The notes under the pieces were generated by a model. That model was not told the DNA's origin. It searched no databases and worked only from the letters and a program-made list of their open reading frames with translations. Below are positions 29,854 to 39,314 of a stretch of DNA of 64,000 nt, piece by piece. This DNA is from an uncultured Verrucomicrobiae bacterium (GTDB lineage Bacteria > Verrucomicrobiota > Verrucomicrobiia > Chthoniobacterales > Terrimicrobiaceae): positions 32,001-96,000 of the forward strand of contig CAVPOC010000002.1 in NCBI GenBank assembly GCA_963706955.1, given 5' to 3'. The stretch's first letter is position 1. Every line of letters starts with the position of its first letter. Both the position numbers and the translations under genes were made by a program.

Positions 29854-30852
29854 TCAGCGCGTTTGCACCAGATACTTGAAAGCTTCCCCTGGGCCGCCGG
29901 GCGAATGCAGCGCCTGAGAAGCGTGACTCTTCCTGGCGAAGCCGCCGTTGATCGAAAGGAACTCGGTCAGGGGACCGAATGCCGTTGTGGAAAGCGCGGG
30001 TTCTTGCTGGAGGTCGGAGAAATTCACGTCCGCGGTGAGATCGCGCAGTCCGAATCCGGCATAGGCTTCCCGGCCTTCGAGTCGCTGATGATGGGCGTAG
30101 GCGCGCAAGGTTCCATTTGGCCGGCGCCTGTAGAGCCCGGGGCAGAGGTCGCCGTAGTCGATCGTAAGCATCTTGCCCGACTTCCAGCCAGGCAGCCACG
30201 CGCGGAGCCATACGCGGAAACTCTCGTGAACTTCGACCCGCTGCCCCACTGGCCAAGATTCGAGGAAGACGGTCGATGTAGGTAACGCGGTGGATATCCA
30301 CTCTTCCACCGCCGCCTGGTCCTCAACGCGCAGGGCCAACTCTCGCCAGTCGTCGCCGTTCTTCCTAAACACTCGACAAGGAAAAGCGTCGACAAGCTCG
30401 TTGGAGATGACGATCGCCGCACCGCCGCAGACCTCCAACGCTTCCAAAACGCTGGCGTGCCAAACGGCTTTCGAGCCGAGACGCCTCTGCTGCACCCCCT
30501 GAAGACACGAGGAGATTTCAACGATGTGGTATCGCGGTTTCTTCCACCAGCCGATCGCCTTGATGACTGAGGCAGCCAGTTCGCCGTTGCCTGCTCCTAT
30601 CTCGATTACCTCGGCGCGGTCCGAAGACTTGTTCTGCAGGATCCAGCGGGCCACGGCGACCCCCAAGCTCTCGCTAACTATCGGCCAAGTAGTGAAATCA
30701 CCCCGCCTGCCGAACTCGCGGATATTTGCAGTGTAATATCCGAATTTCTCATGATACAGCGCTTCGCGCATCCAACGGTCGAACCGAATGCATCCGCCGA
30801 GGTCTTCTTGAAGATCGAGAAGAAACTGCAGTTTTTCAGCGCTGCCGCTCAC
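29854..30852 (-). CDS. MidA/NDUFAF7-family SAM-dependent methyltransferase
   Basis: ALYHEKFGYY, GDFTT, EIGAGNG, SNELVDAFP, IDYG, DLTADVNF; GTG overlaps the upstream TGA. Confidence 0.88.
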   Translation of the reverse strand: MSGSAEKLQFLLDLQEDLGGCIRFDRWMREALYHEKFGYYTANIREFGRRGDFTTWPIVSESLGVAVARWILQNKSSDRAEVIEIGAGNGELAASVIKAIGWWKKPRYHIVEISSCLQGVQQRRLGSKAVWHASVLEALEVCGGAAIVISNELVDAFPCRVFRKNGDDWRELALRVEDQAAVEEWISTALPTSTVFLESWPVGQRVEVHESFRVWLRAWLPGWKSGKMLTIDYGDLCPGLYRRRPNGTLRAYAHHQRLEGREAYAGFGLRDLTADVNFSDLQQEPALSTTAFGPLTEFLSINGGFARKSHASQALHSPGGPGEAFKYLVQTR

Positions 30853-31556
30853 CAAAGCTGAGCAAGCTTCAGCGTGACCCAGTGTGTCAAGTCCACCGCT
30901 TCCTGCAAGAGTTCAGACGCGAACCCCTGCCAGGTGAGTTGAGGCGACGCGATGATTAAAAGCGCTGCAAGCAGCGCCAGATTAAGCAAGTAGATAATCA
31001 TCACTGAGAAAAATGTGCCGCCATAGTGTAAGTCAGGCTGGCCCTTCGGGATCATCCAACAGGTAAAAGACATGTGCATCGCCCAGGTGGCTCCGATGAC
31101 CGCATACAAGAGGGAACGATAAGGCGCGACATCGAAAACCAAGCCGCAGATTCCATAAATCGCGATCGCCAGAACGCTGTAGAACGGGAAGAAATAAGGC
31201 GCCAGAGCGATCAACGTGTTCGTCCGATCCGAGAGCACATGTCCTCCCTTGCTGCCGACGTGGAAGCGATGCACCTTTCCCCCGAGTAGTGTCACGCAAA
31301 GTGCATGGGTCAGCTCGTGCCCGAAGACATACAGCCATTGCGGACGCGGCAGGCCGAAGAAAGCCACCATCCAGAGAACTACCCCGAGGGAAAAAAACCA
31401 GAACTCTTCGGTAAGCCAAAACCCATCGTGCACCGTCGTGCGGGCGAACGCCGTAAAGAAAGCCTGCGTGAGGACAAGCGCCGGAAAAATCAGAAACAAG
31501 CCGATGATCAGTTTGACCCAGCGCTTGGGAACTCGTCGGGGAATTACTCCCGTCAT
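30849..31556 (-). CDS. Membrane protein with HExxH motif (peptidase M50-like)
   Basis: GHELTHA, LIALAPYF, multiple TM segments; start uncertain. Confidence 0.7.
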   Translation of the reverse strand: MTGVIPRRVPKRWVKLIIGLFLIFPALVLTQAFFTAFARTTVHDGFWLTEEFWFFSLGVVLWMVAFFGLPRPQWLYVFGHELTHALCVTLLGGKVHRFHVGSKGGHVLSDRTNTLIALAPYFFPFYSVLAIAIYGICGLVFDVAPYRSLLYAVIGATWAMHMSFTCWMIPKGQPDLHYGGTFFSVMIIYLLNLALLAALLIIASPQLTWQGFASELLQEAVDLTHWVTLKLAQLW

Positions 31557-31650
31557 CGACAGATTCAGCCGTTTTCCAACGCCTTTGGGTTTTGAGCCGA
31601 CGCGGCGCGCACGCTGGCGATTCCCGCTTTTCAATCGCGTGGCTACACTC

Positions 31651-32208
31651 TTAGGCGCGCCCAAGGTAGGCGCCGCTGCGCGTGTCGATCTTGACCGACT
31701 CCCCCTCCTTGATGAAGAGGGGGACTTGCACGACCTTACCGGTTTCGAGCGTGGCAGGCTTTTGCACATTGTTGGCACTATCGCCTCGGACGCCTTCGGC
31801 CGATTCCTTCACTTTCAGCGCGACCGCTGAAGGGAGCTCGACCTGAGCGGGACGCCCTTCAATGCTGAGAACCTCCACTTTCAGGTTTTCCACCAGGTAT
31901 TCCCTTGCATCGGCAACGAGATCCCCCTGAAGGGTGATCGTGTCATAGGTATCCGGGTCGATGAAATGATAACCGTGAGGATCGCTGTAGCTGAATTCCA
32001 GTTGCTGGCGATTGACCTCCACCAGGTCCACCTTCTCGGTTGAGGAAAATCGCACGTCGGCCGATTTTCCCGTGGTGATATAGCGAATGATGGCTTGGAC
32101 AAAGGCGCGCAAATTGCCGGGCGTGCGATGCTGGACTTCGAGGACGATGGCCGGGTTCCCGTTGTAACGGATGGCCATGCCTTTGCGGAGATCATTTGCG
32201 AGAGCCAT
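31651..32208 (-). CDS. efp: Elongation factor P (PGNL loop)
   Basis: NDLRKG, HRTPGNLRAFVQ, GVRGDSA, KPATLETG, VPLFI, IDTR. Confidence 0.96.
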   Translation of the reverse strand: MALANDLRKGMAIRYNGNPAIVLEVQHRTPGNLRAFVQAIIRYITTGKSADVRFSSTEKVDLVEVNRQQLEFSYSDPHGYHFIDPDTYDTITLQGDLVADAREYLVENLKVEVLSIEGRPAQVELPSAVALKVKESAEGVRGDSANNVQKPATLETGKVVQVPLFIKEGESVKIDTRSGAYLGRA

Positions 32209-32255
32209 TGGAGAGATGATGGTGGATAAGTTTTAGCGGCGGAGAGGTTTTATAG

Positions 32256-33227
32256 CTAGAGGATTTTCAATCGTGAGAGGTCCTGCGAGTCGACTACTCC
32301 AATAGGACGTTCCCCAGAGTCGACGACAACAATCTCGTCGATGCGGTGCATCTGTAAAACGTGAAGAACCTCCGCGGCAAGCTTGTCGCCTGAGATGGTG
32401 ATTGGCTTGCGCGACATGAATTCGCCGACCGCACATCTGCCGATGTCCGGCGTCTGCGGAAAATGCCGCGCGAAATCGCCGTGAGTAAAGATTCCTTCGA
32501 GGGTGCCGGCGGCGTCGACCACCACGGCCGCCCCGGCCCGCAAGGTGGTCATCCGTTTGATCACGTCGACGATCGGAGTGTCCGGCGAGACTTTCGCCAA
32601 CTGATCCTCTCCACGCATGATCTGGTGGACCTTCAACAGGAGGGCGCGCCCGAGTCGACCGGCAGGATGGTAACGTGCGAAATCCTCCTTGTTAAATCCG
32701 CGCGCCTCCAGCAGCACCATAGCCAGCGCGTCTCCGATGACCAGCATCGCGGTCGTGCTCGAAGTTGGAGCGAGATTCAATGGGCACGCCTCTTGGCTGA
32801 CCCGAACATCCAGAACGACATCGCAGGCCATGGCGAGAGTCGAATTCACCGCGCCGGTAATGGCGATTTTTCTAATATTGAAGCGTGCCAGAGCAGGCAG
32901 GATGTTGATGAGTTCATCGGTTTCTCCGCTATAACTGAAAGCGAGGACAACGTCCCCATCGCTAACTACGCCTAGGTCACCGTGAAGAGCGTTGAGCGAA
33001 TTGAGCACGACGGCCGGCGAGCCCGTGCTGGTGAGCGTCGCGGCGATCTTCTCACCGACATGTCCGCTCTTGCCGACCCCGAGAACGACAACCTTCCCGC
33101 GGCTTTCCACCGCCGATTTGATCAAATCGACAGCCTTTTCGAATCCGGCATCGAGGCGCGCCGCCACCGTTCGAACTTCGGCCAGCTCGATCTCCACCAC
33201 TTTGCGCGCCCGCGAAAGGTAATCCAT
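32256..33227 (-). CDS. kdsD: KpsF/GutQ arabinose-5-phosphate isomerase (SIS + CBS)
   Basis: GVGKSG, HGDLG, SYSGET, EACPLNLAPTSST, HPAGRLG. Confidence 0.93.
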   Translation of the reverse strand: MDYLSRARKVVEIELAEVRTVAARLDAGFEKAVDLIKSAVESRGKVVVLGVGKSGHVGEKIAATLTSTGSPAVVLNSLNALHGDLGVVSDGDVVLAFSYSGETDELINILPALARFNIRKIAITGAVNSTLAMACDVVLDVRVSQEACPLNLAPTSSTTAMLVIGDALAMVLLEARGFNKEDFARYHPAGRLGRALLLKVHQIMRGEDQLAKVSPDTPIVDVIKRMTTLRAGAAVVVDAAGTLEGIFTHGDFARHFPQTPDIGRCAVGEFMSRKPITISGDKLAAEVLHVLQMHRIDEIVVVDSGERPIGVVDSQDLSRLKIL

Positions 33228-33456
33228 GCTGCATTCTTAGAGCGCGACGACGGCTATTCAATACTGATCCTGCAACCGATTTGCGACCCTCGCAAAGCCG
33301 CCTCCATGTCGAACCTCGGTCGTCGCTTGAGATCTCCCCCGATCAAAGGAACGCGCGGGCTGTGTCCTGCGTCAGGCGAAGTGTCCCCTGCCCGACAGGG
33401 AGCAGCCCGATAGCACTGGGGTTGCATGGCCAGTCGAAAATGTTAGATTGGATAGT

Positions 33457-33753
33457 ATGAAGAAGACCATGAAAACGCTGATGATTGGGCTTCTCTCCGT
33501 TGGGACGGTTGCCGCACAAGAGTTTGTCGCCCCGGAGGCGGAGCGGCGTGAAGTTGTTCCCGCAGAACCCGCTGAGCGAGGGCCGAGCATTGAAGGAATA
33601 GTCAAGGAGATCTTCACGAAACGCCCTTGGCAGCTGGTGAACCCGGCCGCGCCTGCCGAATATGGCAGCGGGCAGAAAATGGTCTCTCAGGATTTTGGCC
33701 CCGGCACGCCTTATCACTCTACCGGACTGATCGTTGCCAGCGTGGAGTGGTAG
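33457..33753 (+). CDS. Small secreted hypothetical protein
   Basis: Signal peptide; PWQLVNPAAPAEYGSG; terminal aromatic residue. Confidence 0.65.
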   Translation: MKKTMKTLMIGLLSVGTVAAQEFVAPEAERREVVPAEPAERGPSIEGIVKEIFTKRPWQLVNPAAPAEYGSGQKMVSQDFGPGTPYHSTGLIVASVEW

Positions 33754-33881
33754 CGAACTGAGCGATCTGAGGTTCATCCGACGCTGAGCGCTTGGGGCTA
33801 GCGAGCGCCTGTGTTCGGCGCTCCTTGAGTAGGAAGTGAAATTTCCGCGCAATTCGGCACTCGGTTTGCTAGTCCTAGGGC

Positions 33882-34481
33882 ATGAGTCTAGAAGCCCTAT
33901 TCGAATCGAATCGAAGGTGGGCTCAGCGGATGACCCAGATAGAGCCAGATTTTTTCGAAAAGCTGGTCGACGTTCAGACACCGAAATATCTTTGGATTGG
34001 CTGTTCGGACAGCCGCGTTCCAGCCAATGAAATTCTGGGGTTAAAGGCGGGAGAGGTCTTTGTTCACCGCAACGTAGCAAACGTCGTCAATCACACCGAC
34101 TTCAATTGCTTGTCGGTCATTCAATACGCCGTAAGCGTGCTGCAAGTAGAGCATATCATGGTCGTCGGGCACTACGGGTGTGGGGGTGTGCGCGCAGCGC
34201 TGCTGGATCAAGAGCTTGGGTTAATCGACAATTGGCTGCGGCACGTTCGCAGCATTTACCGACGACAACCGGAGCGTTTCGACGGTCTGATGCAGGAAGA
34301 CAAGGAGGATCTTCTGTGCGAACTCAACGTGCTCGACCAGACTCGTCACGTGGAGGAGACCAGTTTTGTCCAAAACGCATGGAAGATGGGTCAGCGACTA
34401 GAGCTGCACAGCTGGGTTTACCGACTCTCCGATGGTTTGTTGCACGATCTGCACTTCAAACCATTTTCCAGAAAGTCTTGA
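33882..34481 (+). CDS. can: Beta-class carbonic anhydrase
   Basis: WIGCSDSRVP, FVHRNVAN, GHYGCGG. Confidence 0.96.
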   Translation: MSLEALFESNRRWAQRMTQIEPDFFEKLVDVQTPKYLWIGCSDSRVPANEILGLKAGEVFVHRNVANVVNHTDFNCLSVIQYAVSVLQVEHIMVVGHYGCGGVRAALLDQELGLIDNWLRHVRSIYRRQPERFDGLMQEDKEDLLCELNVLDQTRHVEETSFVQNAWKMGQRLELHSWVYRLSDGLLHDLHFKPFSRKS

Positions 34482-34555
34482 AAGAGGACTTGTCGATCGC
34501 ACAGCTGGAAAACCTGAAACTGCTGCCGATGAATGTTCATCCGGCAAGCCTAGCT

Positions 34556-34986
34556 AACCACAGAGAACACAGAGGACACAGAGTTCTCAATCAACACGTC
34601 CCGGGTTGTGGGTCGATCAGCGATTCTCAGTCGATCGAACGCTTCTGGGTGTGATGTCCGGCATCCCGCCGGACAAGTCTTTAGCGCTACTGGTGGCAAT
34701 TGCTGCCGAAGTGTTCGCGAAGATTGGGTCAGCTTCTCCATTCGCTTCTGCCCCATTGAGCGAGCGCCCGGCGGGGGACGCGCAGGCTCGGTGCTTGAAC
34801 CCTTGTAGAGGCGGTTGTGTCAACCGCCTGATTTTCAACAGGCCCTTGACACGAGGGCCTCTACAACTTTCCGGCTAATAAAGCGACGGGTGAGGCCCTC
34901 CTCATTAACTTCAACGTTTCATCCCTCAGAGACGGTCTAAAGCGTATTGTTCATGAGCTTTTGTGCTCTCGGTGCCCTCTGTGGTT
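34556..34986 (+). pseudogene. GxxExxY-like gene relic bounded by inverted 9-mer tandem arrays
   Basis: Left AACCACAGAG-AACACAGAG-GACACAGAG; right array is its reverse complement; internal frame reads KATGEALLINFNVSSLRDGLKRIV (~34880-34951). Confidence 0.65.
34803..34866. repeat. GTAG-type REP element
   Basis: Outer arms TTGTAGAGGC/GCCTCTACAA, inner hairpins AGGCGGTTG/CAACCGCCT and AGGCCCT/AGGGCCT. Confidence 0.7.
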
Positions 34987-35026
34987 GAATCCAATCGAGG
35001 CGGAGCCTGCTCAATTGAGGGAGCTG

Positions 35027-35446
35027 TCAGTCTCCGATTATTTTGACGAGGACCCTCTTTCGGCGACCGCCATCGAATTCGCCGTAGAAGATTTGCTCCC
35101 AGGGACCGAAGTCGAGCTTTCCATTGGTGATCGCCACGACGACCTCTCTGCCCATGATGGTGCGTTTAAGGTGGGCGTCCGCGTTATCTTCGCCGGTGTT
35201 GTTATGGCGATACTGCCGGTGTGGTTTTTCAGGCGCGAGGTGCTCGAGCCACTTCTCATAGTCCGCGTGCAGGCCGCTTTCGTCGTCGTTGATAAAGACA
35301 CTTGCCGTAATGTGCATGGCATTGACGAGGCAAAGACCTTCGCCAACTTCACTCTCTGCCAGACATTTTGCGATATCGTCGGTGATGTTGATGAGCTCTC
35401 GCCGCCTTGGAGCATCAAACCAAAGCTCCTTCCGATATGATTTCAC
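35027..35446 (-). CDS. YjbQ/UPF0047 family protein
   Basis: [35 protein letters not shown]. Confidence 0.92.
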   Translation of the reverse strand: MKSYRKELWFDAPRRRELINITDDIAKCLAESEVGEGLCLVNAMHITASVFINDDESGLHADYEKWLEHLAPEKPHRQYRHNNTGEDNADAHLKRTIMGREVVVAITNGKLDFGPWEQIFYGEFDGGRRKRVLVKIIGD

Positions 35447-36333
35447 GGCTGCTCCGGATCGACACCCAGCTCGCTCAGGATGCGGTGGAGATCATCATTG
35501 CCGTAGTATTCGATGGAAATGCTTCCACGCTTTTCGGCATGGTGAATGACCACGCGTGTAGCGAGGCGTCGCGTGAGAAGATTTTGCAGGTTTTGGATAG
35601 CGGGAGAGAGCGTCGCTTCGTCTGATGAGGTGCGTTTGGAGGAAGGTTTTCCTAGTCGGGCAAGTTGCTGAGCAGCCAATTTTTCCGCCACCCGGACCGA
35701 GGCTCCCTGTCGCACAATCACATCCATGAGCAGCCGTTGTTCCTCGTGAGACTTGAGGGAAAGCAAGACTTTGGCGTGCCCAACGGAAATCCGCCCTTGC
35801 TTGAGGAGCGCTTGCGCTCCCGGGTCCAGGTCGAGCAGTCGCATCGCGTTTGCAATCGACGCTCGACTCTTGCCGACGCGCTTGGAGATCTCATCCTGGG
35901 TGAGGCCGAAATCGCGATGGAGCCGTTCGTACGCGCCGGCCTCCTCGATTGGATTGAGATCCTCGCGCTGGAGGTTCTCGATAAGCGCGAGCTCAAGCAC
36001 CTCGCGATCGCTTGCCGTGCGGATAATCGCTGGGGCTTCGGTGAGCTGGAGCTCGCGCGCGGCACGCCAGCGGCGTTCACCGGCGATAAGTTCGTACGTG
36101 TCGCCCACCTGCCGAACGATGAGCGGCTGAATGATGCCGCGTTCCCGGATGCTCTCCACCAATTCCTGGAGATGCTCGCTTCGAAACTCCTGTCGTGGCT
36201 GGAGCGGGCTGGGTGTAATCTGATTTAGCGGCAAGGGCTGGACGCGCTCGCCAAGCTCTTCCCTGGGGGCGGGAGCGGCGACGCGAGCGTTAATCAATGC
36301 GCTGAGTCCTTTGCCAAGTGCGGGTTTTGCCAT
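35443..36333 (-). CDS. parB: ParB/Spo0J partition protein
   Basis: [37 protein letters not shown]. Confidence 0.95.
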   Translation of the reverse strand: MAKPALGKGLSALINARVAAPAPREELGERVQPLPLNQITPSPLQPRQEFRSEHLQELVESIRERGIIQPLIVRQVGDTYELIAGERRWRAARELQLTEAPAIIRTASDREVLELALIENLQREDLNPIEEAGAYERLHRDFGLTQDEISKRVGKSRASIANAMRLLDLDPGAQALLKQGRISVGHAKVLLSLKSHEEQRLLMDVIVRQGASVRVAEKLAAQQLARLGKPSSKRTSSDEATLSPAIQNLQNLLTRRLATRVVIHHAEKRGSISIEYYGNDDLHRILSELGVDPEQP

Positions 36334-36401
36334 GGTAGATTTCAGATCGAGGCCAGATGTCAGAGTTGACTAATTGAACGCAGGACGCTGTTGATTTGGC
36401 A

Positions 36402-37070
36402 ATGCCGCTCTTCGATGTAGTTGATCTCTTTAATGACGAAACTGCCCGAAACGGCCCCGAACAAATGGCGCTCGACGAAGCGCTGCTCGAGATTACGCCA
36501 CGCCCATTACTGCGCATCTATCGATGGGCGGAACCGACTGTTTCCTTCGGATACTCGCTGCCTCTTGCGTCAGTGAGAGACCGTTTCCCCGGTCTGCCCT
36601 GCGTGCGCCGATGGACCGGCGGCGGAATCGTGGCACACCTCGACGATTGGACGTTCGCTCTGCTCGTTCCCTCGAGCGAGGCGCTGGCCAGCGTGCGGCC
36701 CATTCAGGCCTATCAGCTCATTCATTCGGGCGTTGCGGCGGCATTAACGAAGATCGGTTGCGCGGCACGTCTGGCAGAACCGTTCCATTGCGCCGATGGC
36801 CCCGCCTGCTTCACGTCTCCGGCATTACACGACGTGATTGGCGTTGGGGATCGTAAGCTGTGCGGCGGCGCGCAGCGCAGGACCCGCCGAGGGTTCCTGC
36901 ACCAGGGAAGCATTCAGAACGTGAAGCCACCCCGGAATTTTTCACGACACCTTCTTGAGTTGGTCGCCGGGAAAGCGGGCGTATTTTCCCTGTCGACGGC
37001 CACAGTCGCCAGGGCGAAGGCGCTGGTGGCCAATAAGTACGCAAGCCAGGCCTGGCTCGAGCGAGCGTAG
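36402..37070 (+). CDS. Lipoate-protein ligase family (BPL/LPL) protein
   Basis: MALDEALL, VRRWTGGG, KLCGGAQRR, LHQGSI. Confidence 0.88.
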   Translation: MPLFDVVDLFNDETARNGPEQMALDEALLEITPRPLLRIYRWAEPTVSFGYSLPLASVRDRFPGLPCVRRWTGGGIVAHLDDWTFALLVPSSEALASVRPIQAYQLIHSGVAAALTKIGCAARLAEPFHCADGPACFTSPALHDVIGVGDRKLCGGAQRRTRRGFLHQGSIQNVKPPRNFSRHLLELVAGKAGVFSLSTATVARAKALVANKYASQAWLERA

Positions 37071-37142
37071 CAGGGTTTTTGAAGCAGCAGAATCTCGAAA
37101 ATCTCACCTTGACCTTGCTGGCCGTAGGCGGACGATGCCAGC

Positions 37143-39230
37143 ATGGATTTTACGGATGGTTCCTACTTCATCAATCGCGAGCTGAGTTGGTTGGAGTTCA
37201 ACCAGCGCGTCCTCGATCAGGCGATTGATGAATCGAATCCGCTTCTCGAGCGCCTGAAATTTCTCTGCATTGTCAGCTCCAATCTCGATGAATTTTTCGA
37301 AGTGCGCGTCGCCGGTCTGAAGCAACAGCAACAGATGCACTCATCGGAAGCCGGCCCCGATGGTTTAACGGCCAGCGAGGCGCTCGCGGCAATTAGCCGC
37401 CGAGTGCGGCGGATGGTCGACGACCAATACGCGTGCTGGCGGGATCAACTCCAACCTCAACTCGAAGAACAGCGTCTCCGCTTTCACACGTATCCTGACG
37501 TTCCGCCAAGCGAGCAGGAGCATTTTGCCAAGTTCTTCACCAAGAGTATCTACCCGGTCCTTACGCCCCTGGCGATCGATCCGGCCCACCCGTTTCCCCA
37601 GCTTCTCAACAAGAGTCTCAACGTGATCGTCGAACTGGAGGGCGGCGAAGATTTTGGAACAGACATCGCGGTTGTCCAGGTGCCGCGGATCCTCCCGAGG
37701 GTCGTCCCGTTCGCGAAACAGGAGAACGGCGATGACTACGTGTTTCTCGGGCATATCATTCAGCACGATGTGGGGAGCTTGTTTCATGGTATGGAAGTCA
37801 AGGGAGTGCACCTGTTCCGCGTGACGCGCAACAGCAACCTCTACGTCGATGAGGAAGAAGCGCGAAACCTCCTCCATGCCATCGAAGCCGAGCTTCACAA
37901 GGTCAAGCGAGGAGCTGCCGTGCGACTTGAAGTCGAACACGATTGCCCTCAGCATACCGTAGAGCGCCTGCTGGATATCTTCAATCTCGAAGAGGAAGAC
38001 GTCTTCCGTATCGACGGTCCACTGAATTTCGTGCGCCTCATGCCGCTGGCGCTGCAAATAGATCGACCCGATCTTCGCTACAAGCGCTTTTCGCCGAACA
38101 CTGTCGTCTCACTCGAAACCGAGTCGGATATCTTCTTTCACATCCGTCGGGGTGACATTCTCTTGCACCACCCGTACGACAACTTTCAAACGGTCGTCGA
38201 TTTTCTGGCCCAGGCCGCAGAAGACCCCCACGTGCTCGCGATCAAGCAAACGCTCTACCGGACTAGCTCCGATTCGCCGTTTGTCCAGGAGCTGATCGAA
38301 GCCGCGCGCAACGGGAAGCAGGTCACCGTGGTGATTGAGCTGAAGGCGCGCTTTGACGAGGCCGCGAACATTAAATGGGCGCGGCTGATGCGCGAGGCAG
38401 GCGTGGACGTCGTCTACGGGGTTACCGGTCTGAAGACACACGCCAAGGCCACACTGGTAGTGCGCAGCGAGGGCGATGGGATTCGCAGGTATGCCCACCT
38501 CGGAACCGGCAATTATCATCCTTCGACAGCCAAGATCTATACCGATCTCGGGCTTCTCACCTGCCGGGAGGCTGTGACCGAGGAACTCGCCGAGACGTTC
38601 AATTGTTTGACGGGTGTATCGAAGTTTCCGGAGATGCACGAATTACTCGTGGCCCCCTTCAATCTCTACGACTCCTTGCAGCAGTTGATTGAAAGCGAAG
38701 TCGAGCATGCCAAAGCGGGTCGGCCAAGCGGAGTTTATGTCAAGGTGAATGCCCTCGTCGAGGAAGGCATGATCGAGGCTCTCTACCGAGCATCGGCAGC
38801 CGGCGTTAAAGTCCGCTTGATGGTCCGTGGAATGTGCGCCCTGCGAGTCGGTATTCCCAACGTCAGCGAAAATATCGAAGTGCGCAGTATTGTCGGAAGA
38901 TTTCTGGAGCACAGCCGCATTTTCCGGTTTGAGAATGGAGGCGATACCAAGGTCTATCTTGGCAGCGCCGATTGGATGCCCCGCAATTTGTTCCGTCGCG
39001 TCGAAACCGTCTTTCCGGTCGTTACACCGGGAATGAAGGAGCATGTGGACGAGATTCTTGAGTGGTTCTGGCGCGATAATGTGAAAGCCAAAGTGATGCA
39101 ATCAGATGGTGTCTACAAGCTACGCAATGGCAGCGAGCCGCCCTTCGACGCACAGGCGGAGTTTGTCGCCGAAGCTCAGCGGCGCCGCAAGAAGCGCATG
39201 GCGGCCGTGGCCACCGCAGCAACCAGCTGA
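37143..39230 (+). CDS. ppk1: Polyphosphate kinase 1
   Basis: NRELSWLEFN, LDEFFEVRV, KTHAK, GRFLEHSR, SADWMPRN. Confidence 0.97.
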   Translation: MDFTDGSYFINRELSWLEFNQRVLDQAIDESNPLLERLKFLCIVSSNLDEFFEVRVAGLKQQQQMHSSEAGPDGLTASEALAAISRRVRRMVDDQYACWRDQLQPQLEEQRLRFHTYPDVPPSEQEHFAKFFTKSIYPVLTPLAIDPAHPFPQLLNKSLNVIVELEGGEDFGTDIAVVQVPRILPRVVPFAKQENGDDYVFLGHIIQHDVGSLFHGMEVKGVHLFRVTRNSNLYVDEEEARNLLHAIEAELHKVKRGAAVRLEVEHDCPQHTVERLLDIFNLEEEDVFRIDGPLNFVRLMPLALQIDRPDLRYKRFSPNTVVSLETESDIFFHIRRGDILLHHPYDNFQTVVDFLAQAAEDPHVLAIKQTLYRTSSDSPFVQELIEAARNGKQVTVVIELKARFDEAANIKWARLMREAGVDVVYGVTGLKTHAKATLVVRSEGDGIRRYAHLGTGNYHPSTAKIYTDLGLLTCREAVTEELAETFNCLTGVSKFPEMHELLVAPFNLYDSLQQLIESEVEHAKAGRPSGVYVKVNALVEEGMIEALYRASAAGVKVRLMVRGMCALRVGIPNVSENIEVRSIVGRFLEHSRIFRFENGGDTKVYLGSADWMPRNLFRRVETVFPVVTPGMKEHVDEILEWFWRDNVKAKVMQSDGVYKLRNGSEPPFDAQAEFVAEAQRRRKKRMAAVATAATS

Positions 39231-39314
39231 TCGCAGATCTCCGTAGACAGGCGCTTCGCAAATCGCGTCTAGGCAATTTGAGTTCGTCGCGGGCGAGAGT
39301 AATGCTTGGACTGC

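Noticed and set aside
34861..34878. LQLSG as part of the GxxExxY relic
   Set aside because: It overlaps the REP right arm and is out of frame with the LLINFNV segment; likely coincidental
35400..36400. parS sites near parB or the origin
   Set aside because: No TGTTTCACGTGAAACA-like full palindrome found; only scattered half-sites elsewhere in the window
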